A stretch of 62,721 nucleotides of DNA, filler included, from Sphacelaria rigidula (lineage: Eukaryota), in the NCBI GenBank assembly GCA_964200075.2. It is 9 parts of 9 records of this genome, joined end to end, with 100 filler letters (N's around TTAATTAATTAA, not from the genome) between each part and the next. Parts side by side here need not be neighbours in the genome. Positions count along the whole stretch, not along the records: positions 20,944 to 27,823 come from CAXNAA020017601.1; positions 27,924 to 34,803 come from CAXNAA020017602.1; positions 34,904 to 41,783 come from CAXNAA020017603.1; 6 more parts are not named here. One strand, 5' to 3'. Positions 24,486-36,949 of the stretch are shown here, one piece after another (position 1 is the stretch's first letter; each line of letters starts with the position of its first letter). The notes beneath the pieces were generated by a model that was not told where the DNA came from, did no database searches, and saw nothing but the letters and a program-made list of their open reading frames with translations. The translations under genes were made by a program, and so were the position numbers.

Positions 24486-26310
24486 CTATTTCCAAGTTGC
24501 GACTTGGAAATAGTTATGTCCACCACCAGCTGCGATTTGACTACCCGCCCGCGTTCGTCCCATGTGACTTGCATCGACACTACATACTACAGCACCCGCA
24601 ATACACTCACACAATCCGTACCCACCGTTCAAGCCATCGCACGGAGCAAACGGTCTCGTAGCGGACGAGAAACGCGCCTGCTGCACAATGCCAAAAAAAC
24701 ACCGCCACCCGACGGGAGGTGGACATGAGACATGAGCTACCAAGTCGCGACTTGGACATAGGTTATGTCCACCGCCAGCGATTGTAATACCTGCCCGCGC
24801 TCGTTCCTTGCATCGACACTACAGCATCTGCAATACACTCACACAGTCCGTAGCCATCGTTCAAGCCATCGCACGGGGCAAACGGCCTCGTAGCGAGCGA
24901 GAAACGTGCCTGCCGCACACTGCCGAAAAATACCGCCACCCGACTGGAGGTGGACATGGACTGTACGTACAAGTCGCGACTTGGACATAGCTTATGTTCA
25001 CCACCAGCGATTGGAATACCTGCCCGCGCTCGTCCCATGTGCCATGTATCGACACTACAGCATCTGTAATGCACTCACACAGTCCGTAGCCATCGTTCAG
25101 GCCATCGCACGGTGCAAGTGATAGTTCAAACGGCTCGATAGTTGGCAGCAGACGTGGCTAACCCGTTTGGATACTGAATCTCCGACCGCGGGTGTTGTCA
25201 ATTTGATAAGATAAAGAACACACTATAATAGAGGCAATCACCTGTTGGCGCTCTTGTCCGCAACGCAGTCGCTATCAATTGCAAGCACATGATTACGTGC
25301 TCCCATGCCCTCACCCAACATACCTCATGTCCAACTTGCCTAAGTCCCATTTTTTCAAAAGCTATGTCCTACTACAGTCGAATGCAGTATTGATGGTGTG
25401 TTTTGGTACTGTGTGCAGCAGGCGCGTTCCTCGTCCACGACGGCACCGTTTGCACCCCACTATAATGCGTGAGAGGACCGCGTGCTTAGAGGACCGGATC
25501 GGAATTTGAACATCCCTATGGTTAGGGTTAGGGTTAGGGTTAGTGTTGGGGTAAGGGTCAAGGGCGTGGTACCTGCAGGGACTGGCCCGATTGGTTTTGT
25601 AAAAGGGTGAGGCTATTTACAACTCGCGACTGGTGAATAGTTATTTGCAACTCCAGCGAGTGGAGTAGCTGCGCGCGTTCGCCCCGTGTGCCTTACATCA
25701 ACATAACAGCAGCTGCAATATGCTCACACAGTCCGTAGCCATCGTTCGAGCCATCGCGCGGTGCAAACGGCATCGTGGCGGGCGAGAAATGCGCCCGCTG
25801 CACACAGTGCCAAACATGTGGCCACCCGACTGGAGTGGTAAATAGTTACTTACCACTCCAGCGAGTGGAGTAACTGCGCGCGTTCGTCCCATGTGCCTTG
25901 CATCGGCACGAGACCAGCTGAAATACACTCCTACAAACCGTAGCCGTCGGTCAAGCCATCGCACGGTGCAAACGGCCTCGTGGCGGGCGAGAAATGCGCC
26001 TGCTGCATGCAGTGCCGAAAAATGTGCCCCCCGGACTGGAGGGGTGAAAAACTATTTACAAGTCCAGCGACTGCGGAGAAACTGCACGCGTTCGCCCCAT
26101 GTGCCTTGCATCAACACAAGAGCAGCTGCAATACACTCCTCAGTCCACAACCATCGGTAAATCAAGCCGTTGTGAGGTGCAAGCGACCCCATAGCGGGCG
26201 CGAATCGCTCCCGTATCGCACGGTGGCAAGAAATACCAGTGCGCCCGACTGGAGTTGGACATGGCTTTTGTCAAAAACACGCAACCCAGCAACTTGCAAC
26301 TTGGATATAG
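24486..26310 (+). repeat. Tandem array of ~210-250-bp TIR-bounded units (about 6 copies), interrupted at about 25120-25610
   Basis: Units share GCAATACACTCACACAGTCCGTAGCCATCGTTCAAGCCATCGCACGG.GCAAACGGCCTCGT. Units begin TGTCCACC.CCAG and end CTGGAGGTGGACA. Palindrome CAAGTCGCGACTTG at 24741 and 24970, with a one-mismatch version at 24493. Confidence 0.85.
25519..25557 (+). repeat. Interstitial telomere-type (TTAGGG)n, three perfect plus degenerate units
   Basis: GGTTAGGGTTAGGGTTAGGGTTAGTGTTGGGGTAAGGG. Confidence 0.75.
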
Positions 26311-28501
26311 GCTATGTTATGTGGGGATTGGGTGCCATGAGAGCACTTGATCATGTGGTCGGGGTTGACAGCGGCCGTGGTGTAGACAAGAACGCCAACA
26401 GGTGACTGCCGCTAGTAAGTACATTTTACCTGCGTTGTTCCGCGATGCACTCAGGTTTTACGCAGGTTGAGCATGCATCTATAGCCTTCAATGAACCAGA
26501 AATGTAGACGCTATTCGGCTGGCTCCCGCCGTACGCTGTCAACGTTGAGAACCGCTGCTACGAACTTCATCCACGCTTCACGTACATTGTTCACAGCACG
26601 CGTCACCTTGGGCTACTGGGTGCGAAGTGCGGATTACGTGTACCAGCCGCAGCCCGTGTATGGTGGCCCCGTGAGTCCACTTGTTGTGGCATGGGTGGGG
26701 CCCTCGACACACAACCGGTGGCATCTCCTACGGCTGCAGGAACTGCGAATAATTTCTACTCCCCAAGGCTACGGCACCGTAATGCGGCTACCATGTTTTA
26801 GCGTGACAACGTACAGAATCTAATTTTGTTACACAAGTTGCGTTGCGTCTCGCATTTTCCGTAGCACCGCCGCAGGTTGTCGTGCTTGTGCAGAGGGCCA
26901 GTCAGCGATATGGCGGTGAACGACGTATTCATGCGTGAGATTGAGGTAGACCGCGAATTGAGAGGGGCTTCGATCATGTGCTTCAACTCAACCATTTTTT
27001 TCATTCCGTGCGTGCTTTTCTTTGCCTCCATCACAGCCGCGTGAGTACAGCTGCACATCGATATCGTCCTCAGGGATATCAAGGGCCTTAGTGGTGATCT
27101 ACTACAGAATAAACGTCGGGCCTCGTTGAGGGGCTTTCCGGAACTTTAACGATCCATTCACTAATTGACCGCTTTTCACTCTCCATCGTATCAGTCGTAT
27201 CCTCTACTCTGAATCGCACGACAATAATGTTGGGGGTCAACGAGAAGATTAGGGGTCGCGTCCGTATTGAAAACGGTGGACAAATGCCGACGCCGAGGCT
27301 GTGCGTTCACACACGCTCCACCCCACTGTGTTCTCAGCCACATTTACTGCGTGAATATCCACCCCTGGTCTCTTTTTCTCTCCCCATCTCTCCGCTCGTC
27401 TATCTCGGCCTCTCGAAGTCGCTCCGTTTGTGTACGTGTGTGCGCGTGTGTTTATTCCCTCTCGGTGTGCGAGCAATTCGTGGTTTGGTGCCTCGCTTCC
27501 ATCACTGTCGGGCGTGTGAGCTGAAATTGAGCAGCCGCATTCTATTCCCACGACTGTGAATTTCAATGTATCGAGAAAGGAGCATTGCTTCACCGCACGA
27601 CCTTTAACACGGAATTTTACGAATTGGGTATGGATTTTTTATTGGGTATCGGAGCTGAAAATCTTCATATCTACGTCAAATCTTCGAAATATGGTTCCAT
27701 TTCTTCACCTACTGGTAGCTATTGACAACTACTACACGCCATTGAAATTTGGATTTCGGAAACCGGAACATTGAGGTCCCAGAAACAGCCAATCATCTAT
27801 GTTGAGGATGGTGCTATTGATTGNNNNNNNNNNNNNNNNNNNNNNNNNNNNNNNNNNNNNNNNNNNNTTAATTAATTAANNNNNNNNNNNNNNNNNNNNN
27901 NNNNNNNNNNNNNNNNNNNNNNNGAAATTGCTGCAAACGAGCCCAATAGTGGGATCGCAGCCGTTTTGTCGCACCGTCTCACGTGCACTTTTTGTGGTGG
28001 GGCTATCTCGGCATGAGTCTGCAGTTGGTACGGTAGGGCCGTTCAGTGCAGACATAATTGTACACGCAAAGGCGAGTGCTGCCTTTTCTCTAGCCGGATT
28101 CGCTCAAAGAAAATACATTAGGGGGTTCGAGCATTGCACCAGGATGCTGAGAGGCAGTGCCTCCAAACACGTCCAGCATAGATGGATGTACTATACGCAT
28201 AGTTGTTCGTGTACCGGTATTTCATCGTTCGGACAATGGTGTACTACTCTGTGCGATGCTGTACACTGTTCTGTGCTGTGAATGCGGATTGCTCGTAATT
28301 TTGGGGTGGGGGGAGATTCGCAGTAATCTGAAAAAGTGGGAATAACAGGTCAAACAAACTACATGTGGCGGATTGCGGAAAAGTAGACGCAACAAAACGA
28401 AATGGCTTCCCCCACATGATTTCACGGACTGGTTGCTCAAGGGTTGAATTTGGATCCCCAATGCGTGGTTGGCAATACACGAAAGAAGGCTGTGCTGCGC
28501 G

Positions 28502-29027
28502 TACTGGAAAGTGCGATTCAGCTTCACGAGCCAAAATGAGTATTATATTTGTTTCTTTGTTCTCTATTTCTCGGAACAGACCTTCCGTCATCTTCTGTTT
28601 TTTCGTTGATATAAGCACTCATTCTGTACGGTAAAGCTGTCTCTGCATACCTCCTCACGCGTATTTGCCATCGTTGACAGCCTAAGTAGGAAGCTGACCG
28701 TGCTGCATTGCTGCTTGATCTTGATAATCTCGCTTATGTTTTTGTGGTCATGTTGACCGCCCAATACTGGAAAGTGCGATTCAGCTTCACGAGCCAAAAT
28801 GAGTATTATATTTGTTTCTTTGTTCTCTATTTCTCGGAACAGACCTTCCGTCATCCTCTGTTTTTTCGTTGATATAAGCACTCATTCTGTACGGTAAAGC
28901 TGTCTCTGCATACCTCCTCACGCGTATTTGCCATCGTTGACAGCCCAAGTAGGAAGCTGACCGTGCTGCATTGCTGCTTGATCTTGATAATCTCGCTTAT
29001 GATTTTGTGGTCATGTTGACCGCCCAA
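28502..29027 (+). repeat. Near-perfect 263-bp tandem duplication
   Basis: 28502-28764 and 28765-29027 both start TACTGGAAAGTGCGATTCAGC and end TGTTGACCGCCCAA. About three substitutions seen by eye. Confidence 0.95.
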
Positions 29028-29154
29028 TACCTGACCGTGCTGCTGGGCAGTTCCATCTTGATTTTATCATTTCGCTGATAGCTGAGGTGGCATTGTCGCG
29101 CGCTTTGTCGCGGTGCCGTTTTGTTCATGCCGTTTGTTGTCTCGCGTTTTCCAG

Positions 29155-29280
29155 ATCACTCATGTTGAATCTGGAAGCGAAGCTTGGACCATCAAGCGAG
29201 GCTCTCCGGATAATTCAACAAGAAATGGAGAATGACTACTATAACGCGGATTCTCGGCTCGTTGATCCGCTTTTAGCAAG
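29155..29280 (+). CDS. DUF2608-like (HAD-superfamily) protein, internal exon (5' exons not found)
   Basis: TTTTCCAG acceptor, GTATGT donor. Encodes SLMLNLEAKLGPSSEALRIIQQEMENDYYNADSRLVDPLLA(R), phase 2/2, in frame with the next exon. Confidence 0.7.
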
Positions 29281-29932
29281 GTATGTGACCCACATCACCG
29301 TGCTATTTTTGTTTCAGTTTTTTTTTCATCGAAACAACCACGGATCGGTGTGAACGTCTGTCGCAGTGGGGTCTACGCTGGTTCGTTGCCAAATAATCCA
29401 TGGTTGTTTTCCTCGGGTTGTAATGTTGACACCGGGGTTCGGATCTTTGAGGATCTGACAGTTCCATGTGCTCGCCGTTGTATCCAGCATGTGCTTTTGC
29501 TCACATCAGCTGGCAAAGCTGACTTTGTGTGGGGCATCCATCCTCTGAACCCCCCTTCCCGAAGGAGTTTTGGTCGACGTCGGCTTTTGATAATAGTTAC
29601 GGTTATGGTGAGCGGTGTCAAAACTATGTACTCGTTGGTTACACACTTGTGTCACAACCCCCCGTTCTTCGTTTTCTTTAACGACGGAACTCAGCTAGTC
29701 CTGGGGAGGAAACCGTGTAGAATGGTGTCTGGAAGAATCGATCCCCGTATTTTTTTTGTCCGCCTTGATTGGTCTGAGGCTGTACCACTTGGACACCGGT
29801 CATCGTTGCTTGGGCTCGCTGTACTGAAACCAACCTAACCTTGATTCTCGCCCACGCTCCACGTATTTTTAACCTTATCTCGCGTACGGTTCTCGCAAAA
29901 CAACTTTGTCTTGTGTGCTGCACTTTTGTCAG

Positions 29933-30046
29933 GGTGATACGGGCGCTCAAGATCCAGGGGCACAGCGTATTTGGACTAACCTCAAACTCTCTCAACAATG
30001 TTCACTCTCCAAAGATTCTAGAGACGTTGGCCAAGTACAAGATTCG
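29933..30046 (+). CDS. DUF2608-like protein, internal exon
   Basis: TTTTGTCAG acceptor, GTAAGG donor. Encodes VIRALKIQGHSVFGLTSNSLNNVHSPKILETLAKYKI(R), resembling HAD motif II (I..L...G..V..LT). Confidence 0.75.
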
Positions 30047-30294
30047 GTAAGGAGGAGCCTATGCCCTGGAAGTTTTTCGTGTGTGGAGAGTGGTGGGAAG
30101 GGAGAGTTAGTCCTATTCGTGGGTCGTTTTCGCTGTATGTCGTATTTGGTGTGTCGTGCTCGTCTCCAGCTTCTGCAGAAACTATACATGCGCCTGAAAT
30201 AACTTGAAACTATATTTTGAACCCCGTACCCCCTGCCTCGTTCCCCTCCCCGGGCGCTGCCGGCGATCGTGGCGCCCGTGAAAACATTCTCCAG

Positions 30295-31150
30295 ATTTTC
30301 TGTCCCCGAGGTCAGGGGCGAGTTACCCCGCAGCGGAGCACTCGTGATGGACCACTCGGTCTGCCGCGGGGTAATTTTCATAGACAACCAGCAGACCATT
30401 CCGCACGACAAGGGGGAGGTGATCGCTGAGTACGTGAGCCTGCTGTTGCAGACCGCTGCTCACAAAACATCACCAGTAACAGGGTCGTCATTCTCATCTT
30501 CCTCTCGACTTCTTCCGCCTATTGGTGGCGTTGGCATGGCGAGCCCACTGGAAAATTTGGCTTCATCTGTCGCCGCTGCCGCCGCGGCCGGAATCACACC
30601 GGAGAACGGTATGCACATGAAGGATGGCGGCGGCGGCGGTGGGCGAAGGGGGCAATATAGCAGAGGAAGTTCTACCAGTTTGGAAAGCATTCCGGTGGAG
30701 CCTACGGCGGCACAGCCGCTGCAGCAAAGGAAGCGAAAATGTGTGCTGGTAGACAATACGTCTCGAAAATGCGAGAGAGCTGTGACGTCATTCGCGAAAA
30801 TGGGGTTGAAGTCTCTGGAGCTGCACACCGTCCACTTCACGGAAGCGGAGAGGCAAGTGGGTTCCCCTGAGGCTCTCGTGCAGCTGTCGCGCATCCTCAG
30901 CCGTTTAAGAGCACAAGGACAAATAGGCGAGGACCTGTTGGTGGATGGTATCACTACGCAAGCGCCGCAGGTGCCTCAGGTGGGCGAGACAGCGGCAGCA
31001 GCGGCAGTGTTGAGTGGGGGAAACGCGAAGCCTCAGCTTGGAGCTCTGCGATCGGGACGGAATAGAATGGGATCCTCCACGGAGAGATGTGGGACTTTGC
31101 CACCCAAACGTGACGGTTCCCTTGGCCCATCGCCTGTGTTTGAAACGTGA
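30295..31150 (+). CDS. DUF2608-like protein, long terminal exon
   Basis: TTCTCCAG acceptor, phase-compatible. GVIF...DKGEVI (motif III Lys) and CVLVDN...LELHTVHF (motif IV-like) are separated by an S/A/G-rich insert. TGA ends at 31150. Family assignment is from recalled motifs, not a search. Confidence 0.75.
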
Positions 31151-34100
31151 TAAGTGATGCGCCGTGGGGGTGTCTGTTTCATGAGCAGGCGGTGACACCT
31201 TCGACAACGTGTGAGTGACAGGGCCTCACTACGTCGCTTTGGAGATGAGTTGTGAAGAGCCACCAGTTGTATTTGCTTGTTCTCGGGTCGTGCTAGTGTT
31301 CCATGATGTGCGGCCGAAACTTCCGAGGCATGGTTGGCTGGGTTTTGTTGTGAATATTACTCGTATAGGAGATGAAAGCGAATTAAATAGAATTCTTCGA
31401 GTAGAGCGGTTTGCTAGAAATCATTATGGCCAATCTTCGATCTTCATCCAGCAAAATAATTGCCTCTCCGGCTTCACTTGGTGCCTGAGATCGAGAGTAC
31501 AACATGCCCCAGGGCGTCTGTTGTGCAATGTGCACGAGTAGCGTTTGCGGGTGCCCATTGCGGAAAAACAGGCTCTGAACGGGTTGGAGCTGCGCTCTTT
31601 CGTGTCACATTCATCTCAAGCTCAGGCTGGTGCCGATACGCTTTTCCTGGTGTGATCCGGCGTCGATGAAAATTTGCTATTTTTTGTCGTGTCAGGCTCT
31701 ACTCCATAATCAAGCATGTATCTGCTTCTGGCTAGGAAAGACTTGTAGTGCTTGTGTGCAGTGGTGTCGTGCTTGTTTTTCTAGTTTTCGTATGGTGTAC
31801 ATTTTGATCAAGTGTGAACCGGAGTGCTGATCGAGGAAACTGAGAGGGAGGGAGAGGTGCTGTATCATTTTGAGGCGTTGTGTCTGTGTGGGGATGTTTT
31901 CCAAAAGTGTCCGACTATCGTAGTTGTTTTGTCAATGTATTCACCAATGTCGAACGGATCCCGCTTCGAGTACGTTCGTTTTGGTTCATCGCTCGCCTGT
32001 ATATTTACGTGTGTTGGGTCTTCACTGTATCTTGTATTGTAGATTCGTTCAAATAATTTTTATTAAACGTACACAGTGTTTTTTGTGTCCCTCCTCCAAT
32101 TTTTTTTATCTGTATTCCGTCATTGATGACGTGCATTTTGCGATCATGTTTGGTGTTGAAAGTTGGGGAAGAGTGGCGGTGCGGCTCGGGTTCGCATATG
32201 TGCAACGAAGCACTCTCACTTTGGTTCTGATATTATTACACAGGAGGGAACGTACCGCCAGGTATTTTGTTTATTAGAGACTCCTGACCATTTCCGTGTT
32301 TTCGGGTATGAGAACGACGTAACGTTGGAGATATGTGCGCGTTGCCCATGTTCCATGTCTTGTTGCCACGTATGGCCGAGAGAGGTTCCAGGTCCTGTGC
32401 ACGGTCTTCAGTTCCTCCCTTGATGGCAATTGTTCGGTGCTGGTCAAGTGTTATGGTCGAGGGTCTGCCATTACCCATGTTTTGCTCCATTTTTGTGTCA
32501 TGCGATAGGTGTGGGCGTCGTGCTTAAATTCAGGAGCGCATACCACGACATTAGCCAGTCTTGAGGTTTGCCACATGTGGGTAGTACTTGTAGTCCTAGT
32601 GCCCCTACGGTGAAATTTTTTGTGATTCTCCTCTCGCGTTCCGTCAGCCTTGCTTGCCACCCGAATCCCCGTGGTATCCGGACTGCACGCTTCATGCAGA
32701 TTCACGCTTTTGTGGCCGATCCCCAACTAATACCATGTTTTGGTAAAATAATTAAGAATGAGTCAGGGAGCGACCCGCCAAATCATGGCGAGTCGAAATT
32801 TATTGACCAGACCCGAACATCCAGCGCGGGGATTGTTACCGAATTCGATGTCACTGCCAAGATCGTTAGGGGGCCCTGTTCCTGACCAAGAGAAACGCCT
32901 CCCCAGGTATGCAAAGCCTGCATGATCGGGGAACGATTCCTCGATGTACTTGCATTCAGTATAGCGCTCCCTTGAATTCCCACATGTTTGTTGGGTCGCC
33001 AGCCTATACTAGAACGTAGTAACTACACTTACGCATGATCGGGGGGAGAAAGCCAGGGAAAAGCGTACATGCCACAAGGTGGTCGTTTTCACGATGCACT
33101 GAACCCATCTGGGCCGTGGAAGGAGAGGAGCTATCGTCAAGAGATCCGCCTATCCCTCTGCCGATTTCTCGCGAAACACAGTTAACATGTATGTAGTAGG
33201 CGGGACGAAGAAGCGGTGTATTGGCAGCTGATCTCGGTAGCTGAGAACTGCCTAGAACATGCAAGAGAATCTGCAGCGGCAGCTACTGCCGCAGTCGGAG
33301 AGGCGTACTGCACTGTACTGTACTGCAGGTGCGCCGCAACACCCATACCCTTCGAAGAGAATTTGCCGCTTGTAACAAAAGGGAAACCGCCGCACACCTC
33401 GACCACAAAAGGCTGTGTGGCAAGGTGATGGGGACAATAATATCATCGAAAGTCACAAGTGGTGGGCGGCCCGCCCGTCGCCGCATCTTATTGGAAGCTC
33501 TCTACGGCGACACATACTGCTTGCTACATCAGATGTAAATCACCTGATGCGCACCCCACCCAAATTACAGTTTAATTGTACCTGCACCAAGGGTCTGCCG
33601 GGAGTATATTTCGGGACAAGTAGGTCCCAAGATCGAAAAATCGAGATTTTGAGGGGAGGGGGGGGGACACCCAGCCTGCTGTCCCCTAGTTTATTGCCGA
33701 GGCGTTGGCGGATGCGGTCAGCTGCCGTGTACAGAGATCCTTGGCGTGGAGACCGCTGAGATGACGGACACGCCGCCCCTTCGAGCTCATCACCGACCAT
33801 GATTACACTCATGGGATCATGTTCCGTGTCGTGTTTCTCGACTACCTACCACACTAATAGACCGGGCGAATTTAGCGAAGCGTGAGAGTATGTTGCTGCT
33901 TCGCCTACAGGCTATCGCTACCGTGTGCTCGTGTATTGTACATGGATGTGTGTGAGCATTACCAGCATCCGAGGTAATCGGGACAGGACGGGCAAGGAGC
34001 AGAAGCGAATATACGAACCTCGCAAAGCCCACCAGACTTTTCGGTTTTTGTCAGTGTTTGACGATGAATTTCTTCCAACAAAAACCCCTCGAAAATCATG

Positions 34101-35007
34101 ACAATTTTCGAAAAATCGCTCTCCGGGAGAGGGGGGGGAGGGGGGGGGGTCTCCGTGTCCGAAATCGTTTCTCGATAGACCCTTGCCTGCACCTGAAAAT
34201 AGATCGGGTGAACATTCCGGTCTTCCTCCCAACCCTCGGGTTACATACTCGTGAATTTCCAGCAACACGAAGCCACTGTTTCGTGCAGACGCCCGACACG
34301 TCATTCCCAACCAGCCTCATCGGTTGTTCTGGAGACCCGCTCCCAGATGGATTCATCCACAACACGGATAGTGCCCTCAATGCATTGCATCGTTGTTGTC
34401 TTCTTCGCATTCATGATTCGCTTTGGCCGTGCGATCATTGTTGTGAGGGGATCCTGAATGGGAAATACATTTTCTAATCGGAACGAAAGGGGGTCGGAAC
34501 TTTCCAGTGGAAGACTCGGGTCTCATGCCGGAAAATAAAGATGTTGCACTGGAGTCTCCATGACCAGATATGAAACAAAAATCTGCCTGCTTGTGTCTGT
34601 CCAACACCCACGCACCGCTGGAGTCTACAGACCTCTGGTCATTTTTCAATTCTTTCGAATCTTCACCCAAGTCTCCGGGGACCGGACTCTTAGGCACATA
34701 ACACGAGGTCTTCCAAATTGGGGATGGGTTAAGGGCTGAATCTCATACTCAGCGCTGGGGTCTGTGTGTAAGAAAAGGTCGTGGGACCTCTGTTGTTGAA
34801 TTGNNNNNNNNNNNNNNNNNNNNNNNNNNNNNNNNNNNNNNNNNNNNTTAATTAATTAANNNNNNNNNNNNNNNNNNNNNNNNNNNNNNNNNNNNNNNNN
34901 NNNGAAAACCCGGCGTGCTCCGTCCCGGCTTCGCAGGGATGCGAGGTCAATGGTATTACGACTATGGCATGCATGATCATGGGTACACCCCTATCGTAGT
35001 ACGACTC

Positions 35008-35140
35008 AACCCTAACCCGAGTTCCCAACCCGAGGCATACCGAGAACCCTTAGGCAAGGGGGGAGCAAAGGGTGCCCTAGGCAAAGTGTGCATCGCCAGA
35101 CCTCGATTCAGCGCCTGCGGCACCGGTTTGGACAAGAACG
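35008..35140 (+). repeat. Dispersed repeat headed by CCCTAA-type repeats (other copies 12795-12892 -, 43650-43710 partial, 49058-49190, 54860-54975)
   Basis: CCCTAACCC ... C.AGGCATACCGAGAACCCT.GGGCA.GGG ... C.AGGCAAAGTGTGC.T.GCCAGA.CTC.A.TC..CGCC recurs in four contigs. Confidence 0.6.
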
Positions 35141-35950
35141 CAAAAGATCCGGAAATAGTTGTTCACACTAGTATCAGGTATCTCTCAACCATGGATTGGG
35201 GGGTACGAAGGGGGGTAAAAAATCGGTGGTCTCAACCTTACCCCAAATATGAGTTATATCATCTCTAAATATAGCAATCATCATGAGGCCAATACATGAA
35301 AACAAGCCCCCATTTTTCGCGCGTCCTGTCTATTTTATACGCAACCTGAGACGTTCAGCCTGAATTTCTCACTAAATATAAAAAGAGAGAGAAAAAGAGG
35401 GCGAATTGCACATGGCTCTCTCATTGGCCAATCAATCAGGAGATAAACTCAAGACATCTGATTGGCCGATATTCCTTGGTCGATGGCTGAAGTCAACTAC
35501 GGCCGCTTGGAGGGGAGGGACTTTTGGACGTGGATGATGTCACGCGGAAGATTTTGCTACATTCGTCCGATGTCCATTAGGGAACTCCCCCGGAAATTGA
35601 CTCAAATAGCCAAAGCGTACATCACCGAATGAACCGGTGCGCAGCTGTAGGATTGGCCGGAAAAAAATTGCGATAAGCTTCGAATGATGGAATATATATA
35701 TATATATATATTTGGGGGATATCGCTAAAACTTTTCAAAGGGAAAAAAAAATGCCTGCACGCAGGAAAAGTCAAGGTACTTCTCTCGGTCGATTGGGAGT
35801 GCGGTGTCGTGAAATAAAAAAAGGATGCCAGCTGGTGACAGATGATGAAAAAAAAAACGCAATGCACACACGGAGACACACAGAAACACAACACCGACAA
35901 GCTTTTTCACGGGCTTCCAGCCCCGACAACATGACCCCGATAAAAAAAAG

Positions 35951-36425
35951 GCCGCTCCTTGAACAAACAGAATAAAAATCTGGAAAAGTGATTTCTTGGA
36001 GCTTCTACGTCGTTTTACGCCCTGAAAGAGAACCGGACGGAGCTTGACACCTTGGAATGACTTGCTCTACTCGTTGAGGCGGCTCCAGGACGTCTTCGCG
36101 TTATCCGGTGGCTGCAATTTTTATTTTGGCCACAAAAGCATTTTTGTCCGAGAACGGTCAAGAACAGTCAAATCTATAAAAAATCGCCATTTTTCTCTTG
36201 ACTTATCGGTTTCTGGACAAAAACGTTTGTTTGGCCACAATAAAAACAGTTGCCACCGGAAAATGGGAGCATGCCCTGGAACCGCCTCAACGGGTACACG
36301 TAGAGAGAGTCATTCCAAGGTGTCACACTCTGCCTAGCTCTCTTTCAGGGCGTGAAACGACGTAGAAGCTTCAAAAAGGAACTTTTCTGGATATTTTTTC
36401 ATGTTTGTCTACTGTAGGGAGCGGC
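35951..36425. repeat. ~475-bp imperfect inverted repeat (foldback/MITE-like)
   Basis: Arms pair, e.g. AGCTTCTACGTCGTTT.ACGCCCTGAAAGAGA with TCTCTTTCAGGGCGT.AAACGACGTAGAAGCT, and TGACACCTTGGAATGACT with AGTCATTCCAAGGTGTCA. Loop about 36165-36195. Confidence 0.85.
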
Positions 36426-36949
36426 GTAACCTCATGCCGAGAGGAAGGCGACAGAAGAAAAAAATGCTCGGCAGCTTCGAGAAATGCTCCCGTTACTGAC
36501 GTTCGTGGCCTCGTTGTTCGGGCGGGGTAACTTCAGACTTTTTTTGGCCCCACACCAAAACATTCCTTCCCAAACCACGAATTATCATCAATACTGCATG
36601 ATGCTCGAAAACCACAGTACGTGTGCCGAATATACGGAGTTTGCCGGGAGCAGAGAACTTGCTTCGAAAACAATAAAGTAACGGAGATAGGATGCTGGTC
36701 GTGAGCTCATTAGCAAAAGAAGACCCCCCGGGTTGGCTGAGGTCAGCCAATCCTCACCGCTCTGAAATGAACCCAGCGTTCTGAAACGGAGGAGTCGTGC
36801 CGGGATGGAGTAGGCACAATGTTGGGCGGACGATGCAGCCTCCGCTGCTTCTTGCTCGGTACTCTAACACTTTCGCCTTCGCTGCGGTGTTACATGTGTA
36901 TCTCCACTTTGTAGGACCAACGGGTACGGCGTCAAGAACCAAAAGTGAT

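Noticed and set aside
24486..25120. CRISPR-like look of regularly spaced palindromes
   Set aside because: Intervening sequences are ~220 bp and homologous to each other, there are no cas genes, and the context is eukaryotic.
26597..26946. Candidate + strand exons (26597-26670 with GTGAGT donor; 26894-26945)
   Set aside because: Frame is ambiguous, no homology recognised, and they cannot be joined to the DUF2608-like gene across the linker.
32450..33270. Gypsy integrase-like hints on minus strand (GSVHRENDHL; QGPLTILAVTSNSVTI)
   Set aside because: Only vague resemblance to the ERxN and GPY/F motifs, in broken frames, with no RT, RNase H or LTRs seen.
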